Position numbers and translations under genes: made by a program. The notes below the pieces were generated by a model, which did no database searches, was not told the origin of the DNA, and saw only the letters and a list, made by a program, of their open reading frames with translations. Positions 7,623 to 16,655 of a stretch of DNA of 36,834 nucleotides are shown here, one piece after another. The DNA lies in the IMG/VR virus record IMGVR_UViG_3300025890_000008. One strand, given 5' to 3'. Position 1 is the stretch's first letter, and each line of letters begins with the position of its first letter. Source of the DNA: a virus.

Positions 7623-8399
7623 GTGGCACAACTTATTGACGAAGTGAAGAAAGAGGTAGATGAAGCTGTACAATCAGATGCGGTCTTAGAAGAGGTAGCC
7701 GCAGCCCCACCTGAAACCCCGCCCCAGGATGACATCCCTGATAACTATCAAGGGAAAAGTCCAGCGGAGTTGATTAAGATGCATCAAGAGGCAGAGTCTC
7801 GCATTGGTCAACAAGGGCAAGAGGTAGGACAATTAAGAAAGGTTGTAGATGATTTCATTCTTAATCAGACCAAAGTCAACGAACCGGAACAGGCTGAAGA
7901 GATAGATTTTTTCGCTGAACCTGATAAGGCTGTTGATAGCAAAATTGCAAACCATCCAACCATTAAACAGTTGGAGCAATTAGGCAATCAGATGAAACAA
8001 AGTCAGACGCTTTCTGCGTTACAGCAGAAGCATCCTGACATTAAAGAAGTTGCTATGAATTCCAACTTTCAAAAGTGGGTTGTTGGTAGCAAGATTCGTT
8101 CAGAGTTATACGAACGAGCAAACAATAATTACGACTATGATGCGGCAGATGAATTGTTTTCTAGTTGGAAATCAACTCAAGACGTTGCACAACAGGCCGT
8201 AAATGTTGAGCGCAAAGAACGTAAACAAACTTTGAACGCAGCCTCAACAGGTGGAGCTAAAGGAAGTAGTGAGGCTCCAAGTAGAAAAATTTATCGAAGA
8301 AGCGACATTATTGAACTAATGCGAACTAACCCGAAACGCTATGAATCAATGTCTGATGAGATATTTCTTGCGTATCAGGAAGGTCGCGTCAAAAGCTAA
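7623..8399 (+). CDS. Putative scaffolding protein
   Basis: Acidic, E/Q/A-rich 258-aa ORF directly upstream of the capsid gene. GTG start with AGGAG 7 nt upstream. Confidence 0.6.
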   Translation: MAQLIDEVKKEVDEAVQSDAVLEEVAAAPPETPPQDDIPDNYQGKSPAELIKMHQEAESRIGQQGQEVGQLRKVVDDFILNQTKVNEPEQAEEIDFFAEPDKAVDSKIANHPTIKQLEQLGNQMKQSQTLSALQQKHPDIKEVAMNSNFQKWVVGSKIRSELYERANNNYDYDAADELFSSWKSTQDVAQQAVNVERKERKQTLNAASTGGAKGSSEAPSRKIYRRSDIIELMRTNPKRYESMSDEIFLAYQEGRVKS

Positions 8400-8415
8400 C
8401 CTTTGAGAGATTATT

Positions 8416-9372
8416 ATGACTGATTCAACCTATCCCAATATGGGTGGAGCGGTAACTAACACTACTGCTGCCACATTTATTCCAGAAATCTGGAGTGACG
8501 AGATTCGCGCTGCTTATGAGAAGAACCTCATTCTCGCGAACCTAGTAAAGAAAATGAGCATGACAGGAAAGAAGGGTGACATCATCCACATTCCTGCTCC
8601 TATTCGCGGAGATGCTCACGTTAAAGCCTCAGCAACTGCTGTGACTATTCAGAGCAACACAGAGGGCGAAGTGCAAGTCGCGCTAGACAAGCACTACGAA
8701 TACTCACGTATCATTGAAGATATTACTGAAGTTCAGGCTTTGTCTTCGCTTCGTAACTTCTACACTTCAGATGCGGGTTATGCTCTTTCGCGTCAGGTTG
8801 ATACAGACCTGATGGATTTAGGTAAGTCTTTTGGTTCTGGCGATGGAACTCTTTGGACTAATACTGCTGCTGCATTCTTCTGTGATGCCTCAACTGGCCT
8901 TACAGCTTATGCTGATGACACTGTTACTACTGCTGACGTTTTCACTGATGCTTGTTTCCGTGATCTGATCCAGAAGCAGGACGATGCTGACGTACCTATG
9001 GATAACCGCGCGTTTGTTATCCCACCTTCATTGCGTAATGCAATCATGGGTGTTGATCGTTATGTGTCTTCTGACTTTGTTGGTGGCGAACCTGTGCAAA
9101 ATGGCAAGATCGGAAATCTTTATGGTATTGATGTGTTTATCTCTACTAACTGTCCTGTTACTGAGACTGCCGCGGATAACTCAGCAGGTGGTGAGATTCG
9201 TGCAGCAATGCTAGTTCATAAAGATACTATGATCTTAGCAGAGCAAGTTGGTGTTCGTTCACAGACTCAGTACAAGCAGGAGTTCCTCGGAACACTGTAT
9301 ACTGCTGATACTCTGTACGGTGTTAAGACTTACCGTCCTGACAGCGGTTTCATCATGGCTGTTAACGGCTAA
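8416..9372 (+). CDS. Major capsid protein
   Basis: 318-aa ORF following the scaffold gene and followed by a strong hairpin. Assigned by synteny and size. Confidence 0.75.
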   Translation: MTDSTYPNMGGAVTNTTAATFIPEIWSDEIRAAYEKNLILANLVKKMSMTGKKGDIIHIPAPIRGDAHVKASATAVTIQSNTEGEVQVALDKHYEYSRIIEDITEVQALSSLRNFYTSDAGYALSRQVDTDLMDLGKSFGSGDGTLWTNTAAAFFCDASTGLTAYADDTVTTADVFTDACFRDLIQKQDDADVPMDNRAFVIPPSLRNAIMGVDRYVSSDFVGGEPVQNGKIGNLYGIDVFISTNCPVTETAADNSAGGEIRAAMLVHKDTMILAEQVGVRSQTQYKQEFLGTLYTADTLYGVKTYRPDSGFIMAVNG

Positions 9373-9380
9373 ATGGAGAT

Positions 9381-9410
9381 GGGGGTGGGGAAACCTGCCC
9401 CCTTATCTTA
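9381..9410 (+). terminator. GC hairpin with a GAAA tetraloop after the capsid gene. Likely terminator or attenuator.
   Basis: gggggtggg-gaaa-cctgccccc forms a 9-bp stem including two G-U pairs. It is followed by ttatctta, a weak U tract. Confidence 0.55.
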
Positions 9411-9694
9411 TGCGTAAAAAAGACTCAAGATTAACCACTCTTGGATTAAGTGGGTATAATCAACCCAAAAAAACCCCTAACCATCCTACTAAAAGCCACG
9501 TTGTATTGGCTAAAGTCGGTGATCAAATCAAGACTGTCCGATTTGGGCAGCAAGGTGTTAAGGGCGCAGGGAGCAATCCCAAGACTGCCAAAGAAAAGGC
9601 AAGGAAAAAATCCTATTATGCCAGGCATAACGCTCAAGACTCTAATCCGTCTAAACTATCAGCTCGATACTGGTCGCACAAAACCAAGTGGTAA
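9410..9694 (+). CDS. Conserved-looking basic protein (94 aa)
   Basis: I used the internal ATG at 9410, just after the hairpin. KSHVVLAKVGDQIKTVRFGQQGVKG...ARKKSYYARHNAQ...SARYWSHKTKW resembles a small protein I recall from many marine phages. No family name is asserted. Confidence 0.6.
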   Translation: MRKKDSRLTTLGLSGYNQPKKTPNHPTKSHVVLAKVGDQIKTVRFGQQGVKGAGSNPKTAKEKARKKSYYARHNAQDSNPSKLSARYWSHKTKW

Positions 9695-9709
9695 CTACAG
9701 GAATTCAAC

Positions 9710-11689
9710 ATGGCAACGATAGTCACCAAGAACAGCTCAACCGCATCAGCCGTACCCACTACGAGTGACTTGGTTCAAGGCGAACTTGCGGTCAACGTCA
9801 CAGATAAGCGACTTTTTACTGAGAATGCATCTACAGCAATTGTTGAGCTAGGAACCAATCCTTCTTCACTTACAACAACTACAGCCACTGTTACAGGCAC
9901 GTTAACAGCTAACGGCACTTTTGCATCAAGCAACGCTGTGATAACAGGTGGATCAGTTAACGGTGTTATTATTGGAGCGTCTAGCCCTCTTGCGATTACA
10001 GGCTCACTAATTACAGCAAATACTGGTTTTGCAGGTGGTTTAACTGGAGATGTAACTGGCAATGTCACAGGTAATTTAACCGGAAATGTAACCGGAAATG
10101 TAACAGGAGATTTGACAGGTAATGTAACTGCAACTTCTGGCACAACTACACTAAATAATCTAGCTCTTACTGGCACTGTAGACTTTAACGCAGCCCGTCT
10201 TACTGATATAGGTACGCCTACTGCTGCAACAGACGCTGTAACAAAAGCTTATGCAGATGGCTTAATAACTGCTTTAGTTGATGGCGCACCTGCTGCTTTA
10301 GATACTCTCAACGAATTAGCCGCCGCACTAGATGATGACGCAGCTTTCCATACGACAGTTACTAACAGCATTGCTGCCAAGCTTCCTTTAGCTGGCGGTA
10401 CAATGTCAGGACAGCTATCCCTGGGCGCAAATAAAATTGTAAGTGTTGCTGATCCTACACTAGCGCAAGATGTAGCGACTAAAGCCTACGTTGATGCAGC
10501 AGACACCACAGGACTCCCACTCGCGGGTGGCACAATGTCTGGTGCTATCGCTATGGGAACTAACAAGATCACTGGCATGGGTGATCCTACAGCAGCACAG
10601 GACGCATCTACCAAAGCTTACACAGACTCAATTTTAGGCAGTGCGACCTCAGCAGCTACATCAGCAACAGCCGCAGCTACATCAGCTTCTAATGCGTCTA
10701 CTTCTGCTAGTAGTGCATCTACCTCCGCGACTAACGCAGGTAATTCAGAAACAGCAGCAGCTAGTTCAGCCGCAGCAGCAGCCACTACCTATGATAATTT
10801 TGATGACCGTTACCTTGGTTCTAAGTCATCGCCTCCAACAGTAGACAATGATGGAGATGCTTTGCTTACTGGTGCGTTGTACTGGGATACAACAGCAGAA
10901 GAAATGCGTGTATATACTGGCACTGGATGGACAGCCGCAGGCTCGGCAGTTAATGGCACTTCTAGTCGTCAAACCTACACAGCTACTGCTGCTCAAACTA
11001 CTTTTGCTATTACTTATGATGTTGGGTTTGTTGACGTATATCTTAACGGCTCAAAGCTGCTTGTTGTTACTGATTTTACCGCAACATCAGGTACAAGCAT
11101 TGTTTTAGCTACAGGAGCTACAGCAGGAGATATTGTAGACATTGTTGCTTACGGCGCATTCAATGTGGCTAACACTTACACTCAAGCTGCCGCAGATGCT
11201 AAGTTTGCCCAAGTAGCAAACAATCTGTCTGACCTTGCAAGTGCAAGCACAGCGAGAACAAACCTTGGCCTAGTCATTGGTACAGACGTAGAAGCGTATG
11301 ATGCGACTATCCTAAAGTCAGCAGCAATTGGTGTAACTGTTCAAGGCTATGACGCTAACACTACTACGTCTACCAACACGCAAACTCTTACGAACAAAAC
11401 CATCCGAGACACTGTCTACGCTCTGTCAGGCACAGCCTTTGACGCGACGAACGGCGCAGTACAGACCAAGACTCTAGCGGCTAACACGACCTTCACAGAC
11501 TCACTAAGCTCTGGTGACGCTATCGTCCTACAGCTCGAAGCAGGTGCGTCCTACACAGTAACGTGGCCTACGATGACTTGGGTGACTTCCGGTGGCAATG
11601 TCGCTCCTACGCTGACTGCTAAAGACACACTGGTGTTTTGGAAAGTCTCCTCCGTACTCTACGGTGCATACACTGGCAGCTACGTTTAG
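9710..11689 (+). CDS. Tail fibre protein
   Basis: There are 18-nt periodic TG(N/D)VTGN repeats and three copies of A-x-D-x-x-TKAY-x-D. An S/A/T-rich stretch (SATSAATSATAAATSASNASTSASSAST) and YLGSKSSPPTVDNDGDALLTGALYWD are typical of phage fibres. Confidence 0.8.
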   Translation: MATIVTKNSSTASAVPTTSDLVQGELAVNVTDKRLFTENASTAIVELGTNPSSLTTTTATVTGTLTANGTFASSNAVITGGSVNGVIIGASSPLAITGSLITANTGFAGGLTGDVTGNVTGNLTGNVTGNVTGDLTGNVTATSGTTTLNNLALTGTVDFNAARLTDIGTPTAATDAVTKAYADGLITALVDGAPAALDTLNELAAALDDDAAFHTTVTNSIAAKLPLAGGTMSGQLSLGANKIVSVADPTLAQDVATKAYVDAADTTGLPLAGGTMSGAIAMGTNKITGMGDPTAAQDASTKAYTDSILGSATSAATSATAAATSASNASTSASSASTSATNAGNSETAAASSAAAAATTYDNFDDRYLGSKSSPPTVDNDGDALLTGALYWDTTAEEMRVYTGTGWTAAGSAVNGTSSRQTYTATAAQTTFAITYDVGFVDVYLNGSKLLVVTDFTATSGTSIVLATGATAGDIVDIVAYGAFNVANTYTQAAADAKFAQVANNLSDLASASTARTNLGLVIGTDVEAYDATILKSAAIGVTVQGYDANTTTSTNTQTLTNKTIRDTVYALSGTAFDATNGAVQTKTLAANTTFTDSLSSGDAIVLQLEAGASYTVTWPTMTWVTSGGNVAPTLTAKDTLVFWKVSSVLYGAYTGSYV

Positions 11690-11698
11690 GAGTAACGC

Positions 11699-13612
11699 AT
11701 GAGCAAACTAGCGAAAGCTCTAACAGCGGCTGCGGGTAATGCAGGTGGTGACAACTTGTACGTTGAGGATGTCTTCTCGACTTATTTGTATGACGGTACT
11801 GGAGCGGCGCATACCATAACCAACGGCATTGATCTTGATGGCGAAGGTGGTCTTACTTGGATAAAGACAAGAAACACAGGCACTTCTGCTTGGCATTCTT
11901 TGTCTGATACGGAAAGAGGCGCAGGTTATATCCTTCGCTCAGATTTAACTAATGCGCAGAACTTTGATACTGCTGAGTTTACATCGTTTAACTCGGACGG
12001 ATTTACCGTAGGGAATGACACTCAAACAAACGGTTCAGGAAGAACCTACGCCTCTTTTACATTCCGGAAGGCTGAGAAGTGGTTTACTGCTTTGACTTAT
12101 ACAGGGACGGGCGTCGATCCTATGTCTGTTCCGCATAACCTTGGAGTAACTCCGGGATGCGTCATCATAAAACGCACAGATACTACAGCAGATTGGCAAG
12201 TAATGTTTCCGGGTCTAATAGCAGATGGATATGGCGGGACTGGAAGGATGCGTCTTAACACAACGGCCGCCTATGCCGCTACTGGATGGACGTCTATTGC
12301 TGATTCAACACACATAACAATACCAACAAATCTTGCAGAAATTAACGCCTCAGGCGGAACCTACGTCGCCTACCTATTCGCCTCAGACGCAGGAGGCTTT
12401 GGAGACGATGGCAGCGAGAGTATTATTAAGTGTGGTACATTCACAACAGACGGGACTCAGACAGCAGAAGTAACAGGGCTGGGGTGGGAGCCTCAGTATG
12501 TTTTGTTCAAAAACGTAAACCTCGGAAATAACTGGCAGATTCACGACTCTATGCGTGGGATGCCTTGGGGTAGTTATACATACTTGGCTGCCAATTCGTC
12601 CGGAGCCGAGGTTTCGGGCGCAGCTCCTGTAATAAGCCCAACCCCTGATGGCTTTCTAGTCAATAATGCTAACTACGACCAGTTATCTATCTACATAGCC
12701 ATACGCCGCCCAATGAAGACTCCTGAGTCTGGGACTGAGGTTTTTAGTCCTTCAACCTACGCAGGTAATGACCCGACACCAACAGTAATTACAACAGGCT
12801 TTCCAGTTGATTTGGCTTTAACTGCTTATAGAGACCTTGCAAACGCAGGCGCTTTTGGCTTTACACCGAGATTAACTGAAGCATATCTGTACTCAGCTAC
12901 CACCGCCGCAGAAGTTGCAACTGGTCTTGCTTTTGATAGCAACACATCCTTTGCGACAGATGCTAATCATTGGAATCAAAGTCCTTCCAATCTTATAGGC
13001 TACGGCTTCAAACGCGCCACAGGCTTCATGGATGTGGTGGCTTATACTGGTGACGGTGTTAGTGGTAGACAAATTCCACATAATTTAAAAGTGACACCGG
13101 AATTAGCTTTTACAAAACAAAGAAGTGGCGACGCTAATACTAATTGGTGGAATTTTTACTACCCAACTGGACAAGTTAGAACTTTTAATAACAATGCTTT
13201 TAGTAATTGGGGTATTACAGCTAGTAGTACTTGGTTTGAAGGCGACCCTTCACTTAATAATGCCTCAACAAAACCGTTTGTCGCCTACCTCTTCGCCACA
13301 CTAGACGGAGTAAGCAAAGTAGGCAGCTACACAGGCACAGGCGCAGACTTAAACGTAGACTGCGGATTCTCGGCAGGTGCTAGATTTATTCTCATCAAGC
13401 GTTCTGACTCTACTGGCGATTGGTACGTTTGGGACAGCGAGAGAGGTATTGTTGCAGGTAACGACCCATATCTCTTGCTCAACTCCACAGCCGCAGAGGT
13501 AACGTCTACGGACTACATAGACCCTCTATCTAGTGGATTTACAGTAACATCATCTGCTCCTGCTGCGCTTAACGCCAGTGGCGGCACTTACATCTTCTTA
13601 GCGATAGCATAG
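11699..13612 (+). CDS. Structural or receptor-binding protein with a four-fold internal domain repeat
   Basis: Recurring modules: FTALTYTGTGVDPMSVPHNLGVTPGCVIIKRTD, YVAYLFASDAGG...EPQYVLFKN, MDVVAYTGDGVSGRQIPHNLKVTPELAFTKQR and FVAYLFATLDGVSKVGSYTGTGADLNVDCGFSAGARFILIKRSD. Confidence 0.7.
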   Translation: MSKLAKALTAAAGNAGGDNLYVEDVFSTYLYDGTGAAHTITNGIDLDGEGGLTWIKTRNTGTSAWHSLSDTERGAGYILRSDLTNAQNFDTAEFTSFNSDGFTVGNDTQTNGSGRTYASFTFRKAEKWFTALTYTGTGVDPMSVPHNLGVTPGCVIIKRTDTTADWQVMFPGLIADGYGGTGRMRLNTTAAYAATGWTSIADSTHITIPTNLAEINASGGTYVAYLFASDAGGFGDDGSESIIKCGTFTTDGTQTAEVTGLGWEPQYVLFKNVNLGNNWQIHDSMRGMPWGSYTYLAANSSGAEVSGAAPVISPTPDGFLVNNANYDQLSIYIAIRRPMKTPESGTEVFSPSTYAGNDPTPTVITTGFPVDLALTAYRDLANAGAFGFTPRLTEAYLYSATTAAEVATGLAFDSNTSFATDANHWNQSPSNLIGYGFKRATGFMDVVAYTGDGVSGRQIPHNLKVTPELAFTKQRSGDANTNWWNFYYPTGQVRTFNNNAFSNWGITASSTWFEGDPSLNNASTKPFVAYLFATLDGVSKVGSYTGTGADLNVDCGFSAGARFILIKRSDSTGDWYVWDSERGIVAGNDPYLLLNSTAAEVTSTDYIDPLSSGFTVTSSAPAALNASGGTYIFLAIA

Positions 13613-13620
13613 GTGACATA

Positions 13621-14118
13621 ATGGAATATCGTATTCAATCAACTGGCGAAGTCAAAACTCAAGGCGAAGTCAGAAGAATGCACAGCAACACATCCCTCCC
13701 GCGAGTATGGGATGCAGACACTTGCGAGTTCTTAGGGATAGACCCTGTACTCGCAGCACCCAAGCCCGAAGCAAGCGCAGCCTATAAGCAAGTTAATCGT
13801 AACGGCGCAGTGCAAGACGCTAACAACAACTGGGTAGAGGCTTACGTTGAGACAGATATGTTTGCCGACACCACAGAAGATGGTGTTACTACTACTAAAG
13901 CAGAGCATGAGGCAGCGTATCAGGCACAACTCGATGCAACTGCGGCTGCGAGTGTACGCGCTAAGCGCGACTCTCTACTCGCTGAGACTGATTGGACAGG
14001 TATGTCTGATGTTACAATGGCGGCTGAGATGGCTACCTATAGACAGGCTTTGCGAGACATTACGGCTCACGCAAACTTTCCGAACTTACAAGACACTGAT
14101 TGGCCGGAGACTCCATAA
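13621..14118 (+). CDS. Putative tail fibre assembly protein or chaperone
   Basis: The C-terminal RDSLLAETDWTGMSDVTMAAEMATYRQALRDI is typical of phage tail-fibre assembly/chaperone domains. It lies between two fibre genes. Confidence 0.6.
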   Translation: MEYRIQSTGEVKTQGEVRRMHSNTSLPRVWDADTCEFLGIDPVLAAPKPEASAAYKQVNRNGAVQDANNNWVEAYVETDMFADTTEDGVTTTKAEHEAAYQAQLDATAAASVRAKRDSLLAETDWTGMSDVTMAAEMATYRQALRDITAHANFPNLQDTDWPETP

Positions 14119-15716
14119 TGAGCAAGTCACGAGACATAGCCGATAGCGCGGCAACGATTAACTACATTGATACTGTTAGTTCTAACGTGCAAGACCAGAT
14201 CAATAATAATGCTTTGCCGAGCCAATCGGGAAATGCCGGTAAATTCTTAACGACCGATGGTACAGATGAATCATGGGGAGATGTATCAACAAATCCAAGC
14301 ATTGACGCAGTGGCAAGCGGTACACTGGCTAATGGCGATACAATTTGTCTGAATTCGGATGGAACCGTGAGTGCTATTACTGGTTCATCTGCTATAGAAG
14401 GTGTAGGAACGCTGACTACATTTAATTCTGGTATCACTTCATATCTGGACAGTGTTTATGACAAAGCAAATGACAAATTGGTAATAGCTTACAGGGGTGC
14501 TTCACCTAATTATATTTATGCAAATGTAGCGACAATTTCAGGCTCTACAATAACCTTTGGCTCACAAGTTGCTGTATCGGGTAGCACTGGTGCGGTTGGA
14601 GTTTCATTAACTTACGATGAAAATGCTGAAAAAGTGCTTTTCATCTATTCACAATCAGCAGGATTAACAGGAAGAGTCGGCACTGTTTCGGGAACAACTT
14701 TAACATTCGGAACTGAAGCAACGCTACACAGCGGAGCTATTCGAACTGATACAGTAACGTCTGGCTATGACGTTACTGCTCAAAAGCACGCGGTGTTTTA
14801 TACACCGACTTCTAATACTTACCTTGAAGCCAGAGTTGCTACCATTAGCGGCACATCCGTATCAGCGGGAAGCGCGACAACTCTACTTTCCTCAGTATCG
14901 TACAACGCCTATTATCCGAAATGCGTTACTTATGATGACACTGCTCAAAAATTAGTCGTATTCTATATGGACTATAGTGATTCTGAAAAAGGCAAGGCAA
15001 ATGTCTGTTCTATTTCGGGAACCACAATCAGTTTTGGCACTCAAGCAGAATGGTCAAGCGGAACGGCAAGTGAATTCCAAGCGGCATATAGTCCGACTTT
15101 AAATAAGCACATGGTGGTTTGGCGAGAGTCAACCAATTCTTCTTACGGCACTTCAAGAATTGCCACGGTCAGCGGAACTACAATCACTTTTGGCGACCTT
15201 TATGTTTTTAGAAATGTTCATAGTTGGAATAATGCTATTGCTTGGGATAATACAGGTGGGAAGTTTATTATCGCTACGAGATCAAATACTTATTTAGGAG
15301 GGGATATTCTTAGCGCTACAGTAAGCGGAGGGGTTCCAACATTCTCTGATGTAATTCAATTCAGCACAACCAATGCACTTTATAACATTTTGACTTATGA
15401 CCCAGACCAAGGAAAAGTTATTGGAGTTTATAGAGATGACGATGATTCATACGGCAAATCTTATGTTTGGACTACTGGATTTTTCAGTTCAAATTTAACT
15501 TCAACAAATTTTCTTGGATTTTCTGACGCAGCATATACGAATGGGCAAACTGCAACAGTTCAAATTATAGGGGCACAGGATGACGCACAAGCAGGATTAA
15601 CAGCAGGGCTCGGCTATTACGTTAAAGCTAATGGAGATTTATCGGTCACGCCAGATAGTGTTTCTGTTTATGCGGGTTTAGCAACATCAGCCAGCAATAT
15701 TATTGTGAAAGGATAA
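14118..15716 (+). CDS. Tail fibre or receptor-binding protein with a propeller-like repeat domain
   Basis: The ATG at 14118 (TAATG overlap) is preferred over the TTG at 14100. The N-terminus is MSKSRDIADSAATINYID. A motif recurs six times at roughly 55-aa spacing: ISGSTITFG, VSGTTLTFG, ISGTSVSAG, ISGTTISFG, VSGTTITFG and VSGGVPTFS. Confidence 0.7.
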   Translation: MSKSRDIADSAATINYIDTVSSNVQDQINNNALPSQSGNAGKFLTTDGTDESWGDVSTNPSIDAVASGTLANGDTICLNSDGTVSAITGSSAIEGVGTLTTFNSGITSYLDSVYDKANDKLVIAYRGASPNYIYANVATISGSTITFGSQVAVSGSTGAVGVSLTYDENAEKVLFIYSQSAGLTGRVGTVSGTTLTFGTEATLHSGAIRTDTVTSGYDVTAQKHAVFYTPTSNTYLEARVATISGTSVSAGSATTLLSSVSYNAYYPKCVTYDDTAQKLVVFYMDYSDSEKGKANVCSISGTTISFGTQAEWSSGTASEFQAAYSPTLNKHMVVWRESTNSSYGTSRIATVSGTTITFGDLYVFRNVHSWNNAIAWDNTGGKFIIATRSNTYLGGDILSATVSGGVPTFSDVIQFSTTNALYNILTYDPDQGKVIGVYRDDDDSYGKSYVWTTGFFSSNLTSTNFLGFSDAAYTNGQTATVQIIGAQDDAQAGLTAGLGYYVKANGDLSVTPDSVSVYAGLATSASNIIVKG

Positions 15717-15718
15717 TT

Positions 15719-15967
15719 ATGCAAACTATAGTTGATTTAAACAACTGTTCGAAGTATTTATTAAAAGACGACAAAAACGTCATCTTAAATTATGAGAACA
15801 TAGAAGTCAGTCGCGCTGATAAATTACTATTTATTATTGGTGACTTAAATGAAAATAATTCCACTGTAATTGGAGGCGTGTCTGCGCCAAGCGATTGGGC
15901 GGGATGTAAGTATATTTTTGATGGCACTGATTGGGAAGTTAGCTCTGATTGGGTTGAGCCAGAGTAG
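15719..15967 (+). CDS. Hypothetical protein (82 aa)
   Basis: ORF track. AAAGGA lies upstream of the ATG. Confidence 0.55.
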   Translation: MQTIVDLNNCSKYLLKDDKNVILNYENIEVSRADKLLFIIGDLNENNSTVIGGVSAPSDWAGCKYIFDGTDWEVSSDWVEPE

Positions 15968-15972
15968 AATGT

Positions 15973-16188
15973 GTGATTCACGTTTTCGTTTTAATCATGA
16001 CTATTGGCGGTTTAGAAGTAGCTGCTGACAACTGTGGCGAGTCTATGTGCTTTCGTAGCGTTGATACTTGCAATAGCTTTGCTGCAAAACTTCGACAGAG
16101 AAGTTCGCCAAGCACGTCTATCGGTATCACTACATACTGCAAGCCGATTCTTGTAGACCCGACTCAAGACGGCATAAAGGTCTATTGA
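15973..16188 (+). CDS. Hypothetical Cys-containing protein with a hydrophobic N-terminus
   Basis: 71-aa ORF with a GTG start. MIHVFVLIMTIGGLEVAA is followed by five Cys. The start codon is uncertain. Confidence 0.4.
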   Translation: MIHVFVLIMTIGGLEVAADNCGESMCFRSVDTCNSFAAKLRQRSSPSTSIGITTYCKPILVDPTQDGIKVY

Positions 16189-16655
16189 TGGCTGCGGAGA
16201 TAATTGCAGCAGTACAGATGTGCTCTTCAGCTTACCGCTTTATGAAGACAGCGGTTAATGAAGGCAAAGAGCTTGGAGATATGACCAGAGCTTTGAGTAA
16301 GTTCTGGGATGCTCGTGAAACGGTTAGTGTGCTTGAACAAAAAGCTACTAACCCGAGCAAAATAGAAAAATTGTTCGGCGGTAAATCAGTTGAGAGCCAG
16401 GCGTTAGAGATAACGCTCCAGAAGAAAAAAGCTCAACAGTTAGAGAAAGAATTAAAAGACCTCTTTTATTGGAGCGGCAATGCTAATCTTTGGCATGACA
16501 TGCTCAAAGAGCGATCTAAAATACGCAATCTGCGAATTGCAGAGGCTAAAGCAAAAGCAGAATCAAGAGCCGCAATTATTGACATCGTATCCATAATTGG
16601 TACTTGTTCAATTATATTTATAGTTGTTATGGCGATCGCGGGGATAGTAGTTTGA
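16188..16655 (+). CDS. Tail-anchored membrane protein with a coiled coil
   Basis: ATG at 16188 (TGATG overlap). The C-terminal IIDIVSIIGTCSIIFIVVMAIAGIVV is a transmembrane segment. Confidence 0.6.
   Translation: MAAEIIAAVQMCSSAYRFMKTAVNEGKELGDMTRALSKFWDARETVSVLEQKATNPSKIEKLFGGKSVESQALEITLQKKKAQQLEKELKDLFYWSGNANLWHDMLKERSKIRNLRIAEAKAKAESRAAIIDIVSIIGTCSIIFIVVMAIAGIVV

Noticed and set aside
9248-9409. 5' extension of the 9248..9694 ORF, and the alternative 9450..9722 frame
   Set aside because: The extension overlaps the capsid gene and reads through the terminator-like hairpin. The ATG at 9410 directly after the hairpin gives the conserved-looking basic protein. The alternative frame has no recognisable features.
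9775-10176. 133-aa minus-strand ORF inside the tail fibre gene
   Set aside because: It is an antisense shadow of the TGNVTGN repeat region (it reads PVT/PVK repeats) and has no independent support.
10641-11108. Alternative-frame plus-strand ORFs (67 and 86 aa) inside the tail fibre gene
   Set aside because: They are Q/L-rich low-complexity translations of the S/A/T-rich fibre segment, and are much shorter than the main frame.
16604-16651. Longer TTG start for the metallophosphoesterase gene
   Set aside because: It would overlap the C-terminal transmembrane-coding part of the upstream gene by 52 nt. The TTG at 16652, overlapping the upstream stop, was preferred. The start remains uncertain.
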